From the NCBI RefSeq assembly GCF_009914755.1, contig NC_060940.1: a stretch of DNA of 64,000 nt; one strand, 5' to 3'. This DNA is from the human T2T-CHM13v2.0 reference genome, Homo sapiens. How positions within the stretch are numbered: position 1 is the stretch's first letter; every line of letters starts with the position of its first letter. Under the pieces are notes generated by a model. It saw only the letters and a program-made list of their open reading frames with translations, was not told the DNA's origin and made no database searches. This document shows, piece after piece, positions 28,150-40,879 of this stretch. A program made the translations under genes and the position numbers.

Positions 28150-30200
28150 GCTCCACGGCCACATCCGCAAAAAGGGTACTGGTGAACGTGACATTTTCAC
28201 GAAGCCACAGCCCATGGTCACTCCCTGCAAAGCTCTGAACTTGCGCATTCCCAGGCCAGGCCGTGGTTGTCTTTCCAAGGCGGCTCAGCTTGTGCTTTGC
28301 TTGGAGAGAGCGGAGGGCAGCAGCACAGTGACAGCGTCTGGGACCTCAGACCAGTTTCCACAGCCACTTATGAAAGCAGACGGCTCCATGGGCTGGAGGA
28401 GGTGGGACGCTCTGGAAAGAACTCGGGTGCGAGTGGGAAAGAAAATCGAGCTGAGCAGCGGGAAGTCGAAGTCGCGTGAGTGAGGACCAGACACTCTCGA
28501 TTTAGGCAAAGGCGGGGTGCACTTCCCAACAACACATCCTCCTCACTGGCGAGACCAGGCCTGCCCTTCAAGTTCCTCTCCTGATTTAATCCCCTTGGCG
28601 AGGGTTTGGCATGAAATCAATGGCCAGCAAGCTTGGTAAACGAAGCCGCCTACACCGCCCTCCCCCTCCCTGCACGGCCGCGCCCCGCCTCCGCTCCTGT
28701 CTCAATCTGGGATTGTCCTCCTGTAGCCCCACCATCCACCGTGGGGAACGGTGGAGAGACTACAACTCCCAGTATGCACCGCGATGCGCGCCTCACCCTG
28801 CATCTCCCAGCCCGCAGCCAGCTGGCATCCTAGACCCTCTGCCCTGCGACCAACAGCCGGGAGCGGACCAGACACCAGAACTCCCGGAACGGTTGAAGAC
28901 GGTTCCGCTCCCTGTCCCGCCTTTCGCAGCCCAGCAGTTTCGCCCTGCGGAGAGGAGCCTTGCTGTTTCCAAATCTCTCCTGCTGAAGAGACATTGGAGC
29001 TAGGGCGGCTAGTTTCACCTGGTAATTGTGACACCCTGTCTCCTCGAGCTGCAGGCTTTTATGCTTGTCATGTTCGAAGTTTGATACCTTGCAGATCAAC
29101 AAAGGGTCGGTGGCCTCTCACTGCCTCCGCGGCAGGGTTGTCAAGGTAACGCTCCTCAGACAAGGGTGGGGCGCGGCCCGCCCCTTTTCTCACCCCGCCT
29201 CCTCCTCAGCCCCACCCTCCTTCGCTCCTCCTCTTGTCACTCCCTTTCAGACATGCGCAGTGCGGCCCGTCCCTAGGGCTGGGTTAAGGGCCGCGGATGT
29301 GGCAGTTCTCAGGCCTCTTGGGATCGCCTCAAGAAGCCCCCTCACGAGTGTCTCGATTTCCTGTCAGCCAACAAAGGGCCGTTCGCCTTTCATGGCCTCC
29401 ACAGCAGCGTTGCCGTGGTAACGATCCTCCGCCGGACGTTGGCCGCACCGCGCCCCTATTCTTGCCCATCTCCCGCTCCGCCCCGTCCCTTCTCGCTCCT
29501 CCCTCTTGTCACACCCGTTCAGACATGGGTAGTGTAGCCCGTCCCTAGCGGCGGGATAAAAGTCCTGCCCTTTCACACATGCGCAGTGCACCCATTCCTA
29601 GGGGTGGGGCTAAGGGGCCTGCCCTTTCGGAAATGCGCAGTGCAGCCCGTCCCTAGGTGTAGGGTAATGGCGGCCGACCTGGCAGGTCTCAGGCTCCTTG
29701 GGATCCCCTCGAGAAGCCCGTTCATGAGTGTCTGAAACTGTCACTTGACTGCCAGAAGTGAAAACATCGTGTCCCTAGTCACCTGCCATTTGCCTTTTCA
29801 AAACCATTTCCTCTGTTCTCTAGGCTGTCACAAATTCTCTGCACCCCAGGAGTGCCGCTTGGACCCCCGGGCTCGCTGCGTGGTCCATATCTAGGTCGGG
29901 CCTCTCACGGAGACTTTCCCACCAGTGTAATAAAGAGGAGAAAACGTCACAGCGGAAGGGCCTGACCCTGCTGCATCCACTAAGGAAACAGCTACGGGGA
30001 TGGGACCCTGGAAGCTGCTGTGGGAGCCTCATCCACCGCTTCTCTGACCCCACCCAGGCTGCTTCCCAGGCCTCAGGGTCTTAGTGTGGACCTCCGGGCC
30101 GTGATTAATGCAGGTCAGCAGGACCAGAGCGCCCCTTGGTCCCTCCCAACACATGAGGGTAGTTTGTGTGGTGAGGTCAGGGATAGTGTCTGCGCTTCTA
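28150..30200 (+). promoter_or_regulatory. CpG-island promoter with ZNF143 site, two RFX X-boxes, NRF1-like motifs and GC boxes
   Basis: ACTACAACTCCCAGTATGCACC at 28759-28780; GTTGTCAAGGTAAC at 29137-29150 and GTTGCCGTGGTAAC at 29409-29422; repeated ATGCGCAGTGC; high CpG density. Confidence 0.75.
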
Positions 30201-30485
30201 CCCTGAATAGGGCTCCCTTGGAAAATAATATCTCTTTTTAAATACCCCCTTGGACCACTTTTAATAGTTTTCTGATAGAACTAAACAGTGATCATTCTCT
30301 TAATTCATGTTTCCATTAAGTTTTTCAGGTTAAGTACTGCACGACTACTCGCTTCTGAAACTGATAGACACTGCCTCAGCTCCGTGCAGGGCAGACGCAC
30401 AAGAGCAGAATCTCCGTGGGACATCTCTCTGGAGCATCAATATTACTGCAGTATTTGGAAGAAACAAATTTAAATAAGTTCTAAG
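28860..30485 (+). ncRNA. Candidate spliced lncRNA 5' exons: exon ending 29021, then 29824-30113 and 30329-30485
   Basis: Donor CTG|GTAATT; acceptor ttcctctgttctctag; donor CAG|GTCAGC; acceptor tttttcag; donor AAG|GTAAAG. No credible ORF. Splice signals only, no transcript evidence. Confidence 0.35.
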
Positions 30486-30739
30486 GTAAAGAATGGAACA
30501 TTTAAGACAAGTCTGGAAAGTCATCTGCCTTTAATAACTGTCGTTTGTCCTTAACGTCAGACTTTCTCCAAGACAAAAACTCTAAGAACTTATTTCCATT
30601 CTTACAAATAGTAAAAATGATAAATCATATCAAGTCAATTGAAAGTCCTGCCTGCTGCTTTCCTAAATCACAATATGGCCTTGGTATGGTTTTATTTGTA
30701 CTTTTGTGGGGGATTCGTGGATCTTTAGATTAAAAAAAA

Positions 30740-31990
30740 AAATAGGTTTTTGAACAATTTTTGCAAGTTTGCAGCTGTTAGTTATTGATTTATTTTTGCA
30801 ACCCATCTAATTCTTCTGTCTCTCTCCTCTCCTCAGGCTCAATAATTCCATGGGTCTCTAAGGCTGTGTTTATTTTCTTTAAATTTTGTTGATTTACTTT
30901 TATACTCCATTTGATTTTTTCTATCTCTCACCTTTTCTCAGACTCAGTCATCCCACAGGTCTGTAAGGCTCTGTTCATTTTCTTTAAACTTTTTTTTTTC
31001 CTCTCCTCAGATTGGATAAATTATATTGCTATGTCTCTGTTTCTGAACTATAGAAAAGCTCAAAATTACTATTTTTATTTCTCATTTTTTATATGGCTAT
31101 TTTTTCTCTGCTGATGTTTCACATCTATTCATTTATGAGAATATTTTCCTTTGCCCTCATGAGCGTGTTTATAATAGCTGCCTTCAAATTCTTGTCTGCC
31201 GTTTACATCTTGGACATCTTGGAGATGGCTACTGCCTGCTTTTTATCTTGTGTATTTATTACATTTTCACGTGTCTTCACGCATCTCTTGAATTGGAAAT
31301 TGTGCCCTGGAGACTGTATACAAGACTGGATTAAAAAGACTGGATTCTGTTTTGTCCCTGTGAAGAGTGTTGTTTTTAAAAGATGGTGTTAAATGGGCTG
31401 GATTCTATCTTCAATACTTATCTCTCCTATGGAAGTCATAGCCAAAATATGCATTCAGTTTTTATATACACATATTTCATGTATGTATTGTATATAGAAA
31501 TGTTTCTATAATGATATATAATAATTTACCCAGGATTCATCATTTTTCTGTGTGAGAGTGTTAGTTCAGTTAGCTACTTCATCATTAGTGGAAGCCAGAA
31601 CCTCAGTTTTGATTTTTGAGTGTAATATAAAAAATTACACAGTATGGATACTTTTACATCAATTTTTAATGCAATATTATATTTGTGATATTTATGCTGT
31701 TACAGATATCTACAGTTTGTTCATTTAAAAAAGTCCTTTTTTACATTGTGGTAAAATATACATAAAATTAACCATTTTAACAATTTTTAAAAGTGCAGGA
31801 CAGAGGAATTAATCATACTCACATTGTTCTACAACCATCATCCACATTCATAGGGAAATTTGTTCATTTTGCAAAACTCAAACTCTGTTCCCGTTACCTT
31901 CCTTTTGGCCTCTAGGAACTACTCTTCTACTTTGAGTTTCTATGAATGGAACTACTGTAAGTACCTCATATGAGTGGAATCATACAATGT
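30740..31990 (-). mobile_element. L1M fragments, antisense
   Basis: T-rich L1-like sequence with 3' end gtacctcatatgagtggaatcatacaat. Confidence 0.65.
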
Positions 31991-32299
31991 AGTAAAGAAA
32001 TCACGAGGAAGAATAATACACACTGTATAACATGCTTATTAATTTAAATAAACAGAGATCAGTAGTACATGGTGATTATAGAGAAAGACAGATAAAAAAG
32101 AAAAAGCAGTTAGAAGGGTGTGTAAAATTTATCACTATGGTGTCTCAAGTTTTAGAGCAGTGAGGCCCCGGCCCCAGACACATTACTGGTCATGGTGAAG
32201 CTGGGAGCCCAGTGCAGCTGTCTGACTCCCAAAGCCAACACTCAGGCCAAATGTCACTGAGCCCTGAGGCACTCTGCCCCTGCCAGCCCAGGCACTCAA

Positions 32300-35035
32300 T
32301 GGCCCTGAGATTCACCATGGCCTGTTCTTGGTCTTGAGGGTGTTGCTGGCCTGCTGGAATAGGGGCCCGTCTGACAAAACAAGTAGGAGGAGCTTCAGAA
32401 AATAGTGGCAGCTGTGAGGCTACCAGGAGCCACACCTCAGGCTTCCCACTGCCTGCCCAGGGTCCCCATGCAGCAGGCCTAATGTTGACCAGGGAGCTAT
32501 GGCCCCAGGTTCTCTGAAGCTGGCCACAAGATAGAGTCTTCTCCTAGTCTTTGCTAATCTGCTAGGCCCTCATCTTTTATTCTGACTGTGCAGCTTCATG
32601 CACTGGAACCAAACCCCAAATTCCTCCTCAGTCAGAAGATGACAATTATCTCTTGTCACTGAAGCAGCTGCATTTCCTGGAGGACTTTGATCTGGAGACA
32701 GAAGGAAGGGCAGGATTCTGACAGGTCCTGGGTGGAAGATGACAAAGGGAACTTGTGGGGGTGTGAAGGGGTAGGGACAATTTCTAGGGCCTTTCTTTTA
32801 AGGGGTCCTACCCTCCCCTCCAATCCCATGTAGCCCCAACCTGTTCTCAAGAGTTGGATATAAACAGTCCCTCCTCTAGGAGTTTATCATTGATTCTATT
32901 CCCCTAATCAAACCCTCCATTGGGATGGGTCTCCTGCTTCTCTGTGTATCAAACCTTCCCAATAAATCTAAGATGCAGAGGATGGAGCCAAGGAGTGTCT
33001 TCCTCAGGGTGGTGTCTGACTTTCACATCCCCACCCTCCCTCAAAGCGACAGCGCCAGCTGCTCACCTTCTTCCTTTATTAGTGTTGATTATATGTTCTT
33101 AGGAGGTAGACAGCCAAGATTCATGAGAAAGGCTTCCTGACACAGGACTAGACCTCATCCCTTATACTTCCTATGCTGCACCACCACCAGGGCCACCAGG
33201 GTCAGAGCATGTGCATAAAACAGGACTTAGACCTGCATCAGGTTCTGGGCTCCACAGAAGGGACACTGAGGCTCAGTGACCTTTCTCCCTGATTCTCTGT
33301 GATGATAGACAGGGAGACAAAGGCCTTGGAAACAAAGAAGTTACTCAACAATTTAGGACCTGCCTGTCTTAGGAGGGGCCCAATTTCTCTCTTCTGCAAT
33401 GGGTACCAGCTAAGGCAGAGGCTGAGACTTAGCTCTGCAGCTTTACTACTCAAGGAACAGGAAATGGTGTCTTTGCTGGAGGCTCCGTCACTCATAGATA
33501 AGACGGAACTGACACTGCCATTTACAGGGGCATCTGGTAGGCTCTCAGGAAAGGGGTTTGCTGAGTGCTGCAGTCTCAGGATTCAGTCCAGGACTCTGTC
33601 CTCGCAAGCTTCAGGATCCTGGTCCCCACCCTGCCTGCCTGCCCCAGTCTCACTCACATCTATATAATCCTCTATGGCAATTTCCAGCATCTGCAGGTTG
33701 TTGAGAAGTGTGCCCGGGGTGGGGGGTGGGGGGGAGGGGAGTGGGGGCACAGCAGCCTGTGTTATCAAGGTGGTAGCAGTGATGAGCACCAATTCTCAGC
33801 TAACTGCACAAGACCTCTCCTTTGAACTCTCACCAACCTATTTCTCCTTGACCCCCGTACCCAAGTCTCTCACTCAGAGCATCCAAGGACCTTTCACCTC
33901 CTTGCCCAAAATCTTTCCCTCCTCTTTCCACAGCTGACCTCCAAAGACGCTAAGCACTTCTTAGTTACCTCTATGGTGTGATTTTAATAAATCACAAAGT
34001 CAGATCGTCCCCACCCTCACTCTTCGTCTAATCTACTCTGAGCCTAGCTCTCCCAGGCCCTTTCTCTAGTCTCTCTAATGAAGGCATTCCAAGCATTGTG
34101 GCCACAGGAGGGCAGGGCTGGAGGAGGAAGACACCCAGGTCTCTTGATGTGGAGAACTCCAGCTGGGAGGGAGGAGCCCTGTCCTTGACTCTCTGGAGCC
34201 CCTCCCTACCATAGGCCAATTCACCTGCTGCTGCAGCCCCATCTGGACTCTTTAAAAAGGTTCCTACCTAGTAGAGTCAGAAACAGGGTCAGTGAGACTG
34301 TGCCTGTCTCACAGTTACACTCCAGCCCCAGCGACCTCAGATCTTGGATAACTGCCTGAGTCAGCCGGTGTAATGCTCCCACCAGCTCCAGTGAGTCCTG
34401 ATTCTAGATTTACTCCCAGCTTTAACACTCACTGTGTGTGTAACCTTGGGCATGCAGCCAGGCCTTCCTGAAACTGTTTTTTCATCTAGGAAGTGTGATG
34501 AGAACAACACCTTCCTCACAGTACCTCCTGAGGACTCAGTTGCATGTGGCTATCACCATTGTTCTCACCATCATCCCTCTCAGGAAGAGGTGGGCACAAG
34601 AATTCTGAAGTTTCCTTCATCCTTTGCCCCTTATCATGACCCTGTGAGGCCTGCACAACAGGCTTTCTGCATTTTCCAGTTGAGGAGACAGGCCCAAAGA
34701 GGGTGTTGACTTGCCCAGGAGCCCACAGGAGAGGCTGTCTTCTCCTCCCACCTGAAGAGTCTGCCCTACCTGGCTTCACACCACACACCAGCACCATCAC
34801 TGACCAGGGTCCCATCCTCTGGACTCTGGGATAGATGTTCACATCCCAATCCAGGCCCAGCTGTGGTGGAAAGAAACCTGGTATCTTGGGAGGCCTGGTT
34901 GAGCAGTGCCAGCTTGTCCCAGCTTCACTGGAATTGCTATCCCACAAATTGGGTTTGAGGCTATGAAGAAGACTTCACCTCTTCGATGATCCACCGAGAG
35001 AGATTCCCACACAGAGCTCTCTCTTTATCCACTCC
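32300..35035 (-). pseudogene. Unprocessed RALGDS/RGL4-like pseudogene (C-terminal half of the CDC25/RasGEF domain): exons ~34979-35035 (tentative), 34225-34267, 33658-~33730, 33067-33097, 32574-32691, ~32300-32411
   Basis: In parent-gene order: RVQMGLQQQ|gt (RGL4 RVQMRLRRQKK); GTLLNNLQMLEIAIEDYID|gtgagt (RALGDS GTFLTDLVMLDTAMKDYLY); NIINTNK..|gtgagc (RGL4 GNTNKRSK); ag|IKVLQEMQLLQ..EEEFGVWFQCM (RGL4 VRVLQEMQLLQ, RALGDS DEQFGAWFRAV); ASNTLKTK (RALGDS ASNTLRTKK). Frameshifts and a GT>AT donor at 32572-32573. Confidence 0.85.
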
Positions 35036-35089
35036 CTGCAGTTGGCCTGCCAGTGAAATCACACCTGTGCAGTAGTCAGGCCTCCTGGC

Positions 35090-38000
35090 CCACCCGCCAG
35101 CTGCCAGCCTCCAGTGTCTCTGATACCCATGGGTAATCATGCCTTCCTTGGCAAGGCTGCTGAGATTCAGAAGGACCTAAACAGATCTTTGGCTCAGATG
35201 GGTTGCTTCAGCCTTGTGTCCTTGGCCATCTTCCCTTGCCTTCCGAAGGGCCCTGCCAGCCTCACTGTACCAAGCCCTGACCCTAGTGGTCTCTCCGTGG
35301 GGACCACATCTCACCCACCCTCCATTGCCAGGGCTCCTGCTCAGCTCTTCTCACTTTCCCAGGACAAGCCTGGCTTCACAGACACATCTAGATCCAGCGC
35401 TTTTCTCTTCGTGGTGTTCAAAGAAAGAGTATTATTTTTTCTCTAACTTGACCTATAACCTACTTATTTTGAAGATATCCAGGCTGCAGGAGATCTCTAC
35501 CCATCTACCCAGAAGGCATCAGCCCTTGCTTCAGTACCTTCTCATTCCACTCTGTCACTAAATGTTTATGACCTCAAGAAAATTTGAAGAAGCATAAGCA
35601 AGTGCAATTCCATTGGTACCAGGGCTGTAAGGGTGGGGCCAGATGGGTGAACCTCACTGGGGATAAATAGAAATTGTGTACAAGATGGACATTTCAAGGT
35701 TGGTTTCAAGAAACACAGGGAAAGCTAACTTTCATAGGTGACAGTATGCACAAGTTAAGCTTCCTAACAGCCACAAGTTCACAGGTTCTTCTATCTAAAT
35801 GTGGCAATGTGTGACGATGTCTGAATGGCCATAATACACATACATAGAGTAATTTATAGCATTCATTTTTGTATTAGAAATTGTGCATTTCAGCCACAAG
35901 TTTTTTGTACATGATGGATAGTCCCACATTGCTTGAAGATTGGAAGAGAGAGCACTTTATGAAATGTCCTTTTGGACACATTTTCATTGACGTTTCTATG
36001 TCCCAAGAGGCAATGAGACAAGTCATGATAAACTGGCCGTGTCTTCTGGGGTTACACCTGAACTTCTCGGTGTCAGGACCGAGGAAATCAAGGACACAGA
36101 TATGCCAAAGGTGAGGTTAGAGCAAAAGTTTAATGGGTGAGAAAAAGAGAACAGCTCTCTGCTGCAGAGAGGGATCCAGAAAAAAAGAGTTGCCATTCTG
36201 CAGTGAAATACAAGTGTTTTTATAGATGAGCTAGTGGGAGGGGGTATGTTATCCACATAGGGCATGAAAAACTGGTTAGGACCAGGTGTGTCATCTGCTT
36301 AGAGCATGAATCTCTGGCAGCTCACACCCCAACCTTTTATTATGCAGGCAGATTCTCAGCCTGAGCTACTCCAAGTTGCTTATCTCTTTTCTACTGTGCA
36401 TATGCTACAAAGAGGGGTGGGGCCCCCCATGTTGGATATGTCTGGCCCAAGGTGGTCATTTCTACCCATGCAGCTGCAGGCATCCCTGCCCACACAAGCT
36501 TCCAGCTTCCTTTTGTATGATTGCAGCCCAATTTTCCAGGCTGCTCTTTGTTAAAGAGAAGTGAATTCCTGGGTTGCTTTCTGTTAGAAGGGACGTTCTG
36601 TTGAGAACTCTTTGCTCTATCTGCCTAGCTAGTTTCTTTCTACATCTGCTCTCAATGACAATTATTCAGTTTTAATGGGGTCCTGGGGGTGGGAACAGAT
36701 AAATTTGAGACCACAAAGTACCTTAGAATAAGAATTCACCCTTTAGTCAGCTTTAGTGTGAGTTGCACATCTATTATAATATTGGCTTCATGCACTACTG
36801 AATATAACAAGAAGGGAAAATGTGTATCTTTTAAAAATCTAGATGACAAATGGACTTTCCACAGATTCTTTGTGTGTTCCTGATTTAGAATTTGTTCATT
36901 CCACTGTAGTTTGTTTTCATTGAAATCACCAACTGATGAGGAAGCCTAGGCTGGCAAGCAGGACACTGTGGATTATTTGCAGGAAAGGTGTTTTTGTGGG
37001 GACCCTAAAGGGTCAGGCACTGCAGCCCACAGGAAAGCCTCAGCCATGATTCTCTGTGGCACTGCTCTGGTGGGGTAAGGCAGCCATGCAAAGCTCTGAT
37101 TCCCTGTCCTGAAGGGTGACATTGGCCGGGCAAGCTCCAGCCTTCAGGAAAAAAGGACAGACAAGGGAGTGCTTCACGTTCCGGCCTTGTCATGAGCTCC
37201 ACCGGCAGCCTGCAGCGGGGCACAGCTTCTAGGTGCCTGGTCAGCTCTGGTCCTTCAGGAGGTGAAAATGACTTTTCTCCTGGATTCTCTGCCCTGTTGG
37301 CTGGGCCTGGGAAGGACTCAAGGTCTGCATGGCAGTTTCTGAGTCTCCAGCACCCAGCTGTCTCATTGTGATGATGACAGGGAGAATGACCAGAAGTACC
37401 GGGGTGGGGAAAACGAAGAGCCAGCAGGAGAAGGCGAGCTTCCAGAAAGCCCCACCACAAATGCTTAGTGCCTGGGTAGGCACGGGGATCGCTGGGTTTT
37501 GCCTGGGAGCAAGTCCATAGGCCCTGCTGGAGATTGCCAAGATAACCACCCCCTGCCAGAGGTCACCAGGGATTGCCTGAAAACCTTCGGAAATGATGCA
37601 TGCCCCTATTGCTCAAAAACTGGAAGAAGCTGCAGCCTCAGCAGGCTATCCAGGCCACTGAGTGGGGCAGCGGGCCTACACTGAGTGGACTCCTGCATTG
37701 GCAGTAGGCAGCTCTCCTGACCCATCCACCAGCTGTCTGCTTCCAGTGAGCAAGATCTTCAAGGCTGATCAGACCTCCAGTTGGCAGGGCTGATGAGATT
37801 CAGTGCGACCTGGTCAGATCTTTGGCCCAGATGAGCCACTTGAGTTTCAGTGTCCTGGGCCAACTTTCCTGGCCTTCAGAGGGCCCCTGCCAGCCTGAGT
37901 GAGCCAGGCTTGGCTGCATCTTCCTGGGAGCCCCATCTCACCTGCCCTCCATCCCCAGGACTCCTGCTCAGCACTTCTTACTTTCCCAGGACAAGCCTGG

Positions 38001-39950
38001 CTCCAACAGACATCTCTAGATGCTGTGTTTCTCTTTGTGGTGAGCAAAGAAACAGAATGAGTTCCATTTTTTAATTTTTTTCTAATTTTACCTATAACTT
38101 ATTTATTGTAAAAAGGTTTGGGCTGCAGGAGACCTGACCCACCCACGCAGGAGGCCTCAGTAGCCTCCCAATCCACCCTGTTACTAAATATTTCCACTCC
38201 TAACAATATAGGGGGAAGCAGGAGCAAGTGCAGTTTCACTGCACCAGTGCTGTGAGGATGGGGCCAGAAGGGTCCTACCCAGTAGGATTCAATAGGAATT
38301 ATATAGAAATAAACATCTCAATGTTTGTTTGGACGGATTGACATGGAGAAATTTAATTTTGATAGGTTCTAGTACACAGAAGTTAAGCTTCCTAACAGCC
38401 ATGAGTTTACAGCTTCCTCTTTCTGAATTTGGCAGTGTTTTTGATGTCCAAATTGCCACGATGTCTACACATATTTACAATAGTTTATATTATTCATTTT
38501 GTATTACTAATTGTGCACTTTGGCCAACAGTGTTTCATACATCATGGTTGGTTTCCAACCTCGCTTGAAAATTGGAAGTGACAGCCCTTTATGGAATGTT
38601 GCTTTTGACACTCTTCCATTTAAGGCTCTGTGTCCCCACAGTGTTACGAAGACAAATAGTCATCACTCTTCCATTTTGAGGGGGCCAGGGTAAGCAGATG
38701 CAATTTGAGAATACAAAGTACCTTGGAAACAGAATCATCTTTCAATCAGTTTTAGTGTGAATTTCATTTACATTAGAATAGTCTGTTCATGCACTCATAA
38801 GATTTCAGGGAGGGACAATTGTCACCTTTGAAGAATCAAAGTGACCAATGGGCTTCCCTCAGTATTTTGTTTATTTGTTTCTGGAACTTAGTCATGCCAT
38901 TGTAGATCGTTTCTTTTGGAATCACTGGGTGATGAGAAACCCCAGGCTGGAGAGCTGGACACCGTGGAGTCCCTGCGGGAGAAGTGTTATTAGGGTGGCC
39001 TAACTTGGAAGGCACTACAGCCTGTGGGAAAGCAGCATCCAAGATTCTCTCTGGCGTGGCCGGGTGCTGGGTGAGGTAGTCAGCCCAACAGCTTATTCTG
39101 TGTCTGGAATGGTGACTCCCAGCCTGGGCATGGCTTCAGTTTCCAGGAAACAGGCACGGGCCAGGGAGCGCCTTACCTGTTTACTGCTGCGATGTGTGGG
39201 GCCTGTATCCGCCACTGGGCACGCCACCTCTTCAAGTAGGGTCCTGTGCATTCCTTTTGGAGGCTTCAAAAGACTTTCCTCTCTGACTCCCGGCGTCTTC
39301 ACCTGGACAATGTAGGATCCCAGATCTGTGTGTTTCCCAAGTGTCTATAGCGCCAGGTGCCCCATTGTGACAGGGAAGATGACCAAATTAAGTGATTAGG
39401 GCCGTTTGAAAAAAAAGCAGGAGAGATGCTGTATGGAGGAGGCCTGACATGACTGCCTCTAGCCTGCGGCTGCTTGTGCTATGCGCAGGCAGGACTGGTC
39501 TCTTCCAGGGTGATGTGATCCGCTGTGCTGAAGATTCTCACCATTTCCTTCCTTTCCCCATCGGGGCACCTGGGTAACCAGCTGAAGCAGTAGTTCCCCA
39601 TCCGGAACAAAGACTGCAGACCCTCGCATGGGCTCCAGCCTGCAGGACACAAGCGTGAGCCTTGGAGGACCCCACATACCTAGGTGGTTGTGGGCTAGAC
39701 CTGTGGCCTTCACTGGGTTCTTGACTCATTCCTGGAGTGTGAGGGTTTTGTTCTTTTTTAACTGGAGGTGGCAGATGACTGTCCTTCTGGACTTCCTATA
39801 TGCTCACCTGACCCCTGCGGGACCTGAGATCATTGGAGTTCCCAGGTCTTTATGGTATCACGCCCCCATTGTGACAACAAGAAGGATGACCAAAAGTATG
39901 CCGGTGGTTGAGGAAGAGAAAAAAGAGGAGTGGAGTTGCAGGGAGGAGGC
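35090..39950. repeat. Diverged ~2.0-kb tandem duplication; copy 1 carries a later LTR insertion
   Basis: ctttcccaggacaagcctggct at 35354/37981; aagttaagcttcctaacagcca at 35752/38380; caaagtacctt at 36714/38714. Confidence 0.85.
36026..36654 (-). mobile_element. MER4-group (MER50-like) solo LTR
   Basis: Minus strand starts TGAGAGCAGATGTAGAAAGAAACTAGCTAGGCAG; absent from the second duplication copy. Confidence 0.7.
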
Positions 39951-40589
39951 TCGACAAGATCACCTCCAGCCTGGGGCAGCTGGATTGGCAAGTCAGAGGC
40001 TGGCTCCTGCCTGGGCAAGACAATAAGCCATGATGAACAATGCCATTATCCTCCTTTTCAGTTGGGGGTACCTGGGCATATCTGAAAACCTTGAAAAAGT
40101 GTTTGCATTTTCAGAGCTTAAGAAAAGGAAGAAGCAGCAGCTACAGTGGGTTTTTCATGCCTTCTAGTGGCATTGAAGAACCTGCACTGAATGCCACCTG
40201 GAAAACAGCCTGGACCTGCACCTTTGGGCCGGGGCACCCATGGGAGCTCAGCCCTTGCCGCCTCAACCCTTTTTGGATTCTTTTCTCCCCAGACTGTCCC
40301 AGAGTTCAGGTCTTCTCGTCTCTTGTCTGCCCAGTGAAGGTACAAGGGTGGAAAGGTGAGGGTGTGGAGTCAGGAGCTTTGTTCCACTGCTGGGCATAGT
40401 GAGAAGTCAAAAGAGAGGTTATGATCTCATTGTGCTTGAAGGGGAGAGGCCAAAGCCTAAGACATTCTGCCTTTTTAGGGGAATTACCTTTCAAGGCTTA
40501 TTTGGTCTTCACTAGCCTTTACATCTGAGGATGAAGGAGTTGAGGCTCTGTTACATGGATGTCTAAAGAGATCATAACTCTCACATTGA

Positions 40590-40870
40590 ATGACACAGAG
40601 ACTGATAGCTCTAGCACAGTACCTAGGTAATGTGACTCTCTTTTGCTACGTGTGCCCTTCCTACATAAGGAAATGTGACATACCACTGGGCCAAGCACCC
40701 AGGAAATGTGACTCTCCCGCCTGTGCCCTGCCTGTATTGGGCAATGTTGTGACACATCTCAGAGCTGAGCACCTAGGTGATGTAACTCCTTTTTTGGGAG
40801 CTGTCAATGGAAGGGATTGTGACATATGTTTGGCCAATCACCCAGATGATGTGACTCTCTTGCCTATAAC
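40590..40870. repeat. About four diverged ~70-bp beta-satellite-related (BSR-like) units
   Basis: Recurring tgtgacata...cacc(c/t)agg..atgtgactctc at ~70-bp spacing. Confidence 0.65.
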
Positions 40871-40879
40871 TCAAATTGG

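Noticed and set aside
33560-33620. RARRES2-like EDRVL motif
   Set aside because: A single short match inside an intron of the RalGDS-like relic, with no supporting exons
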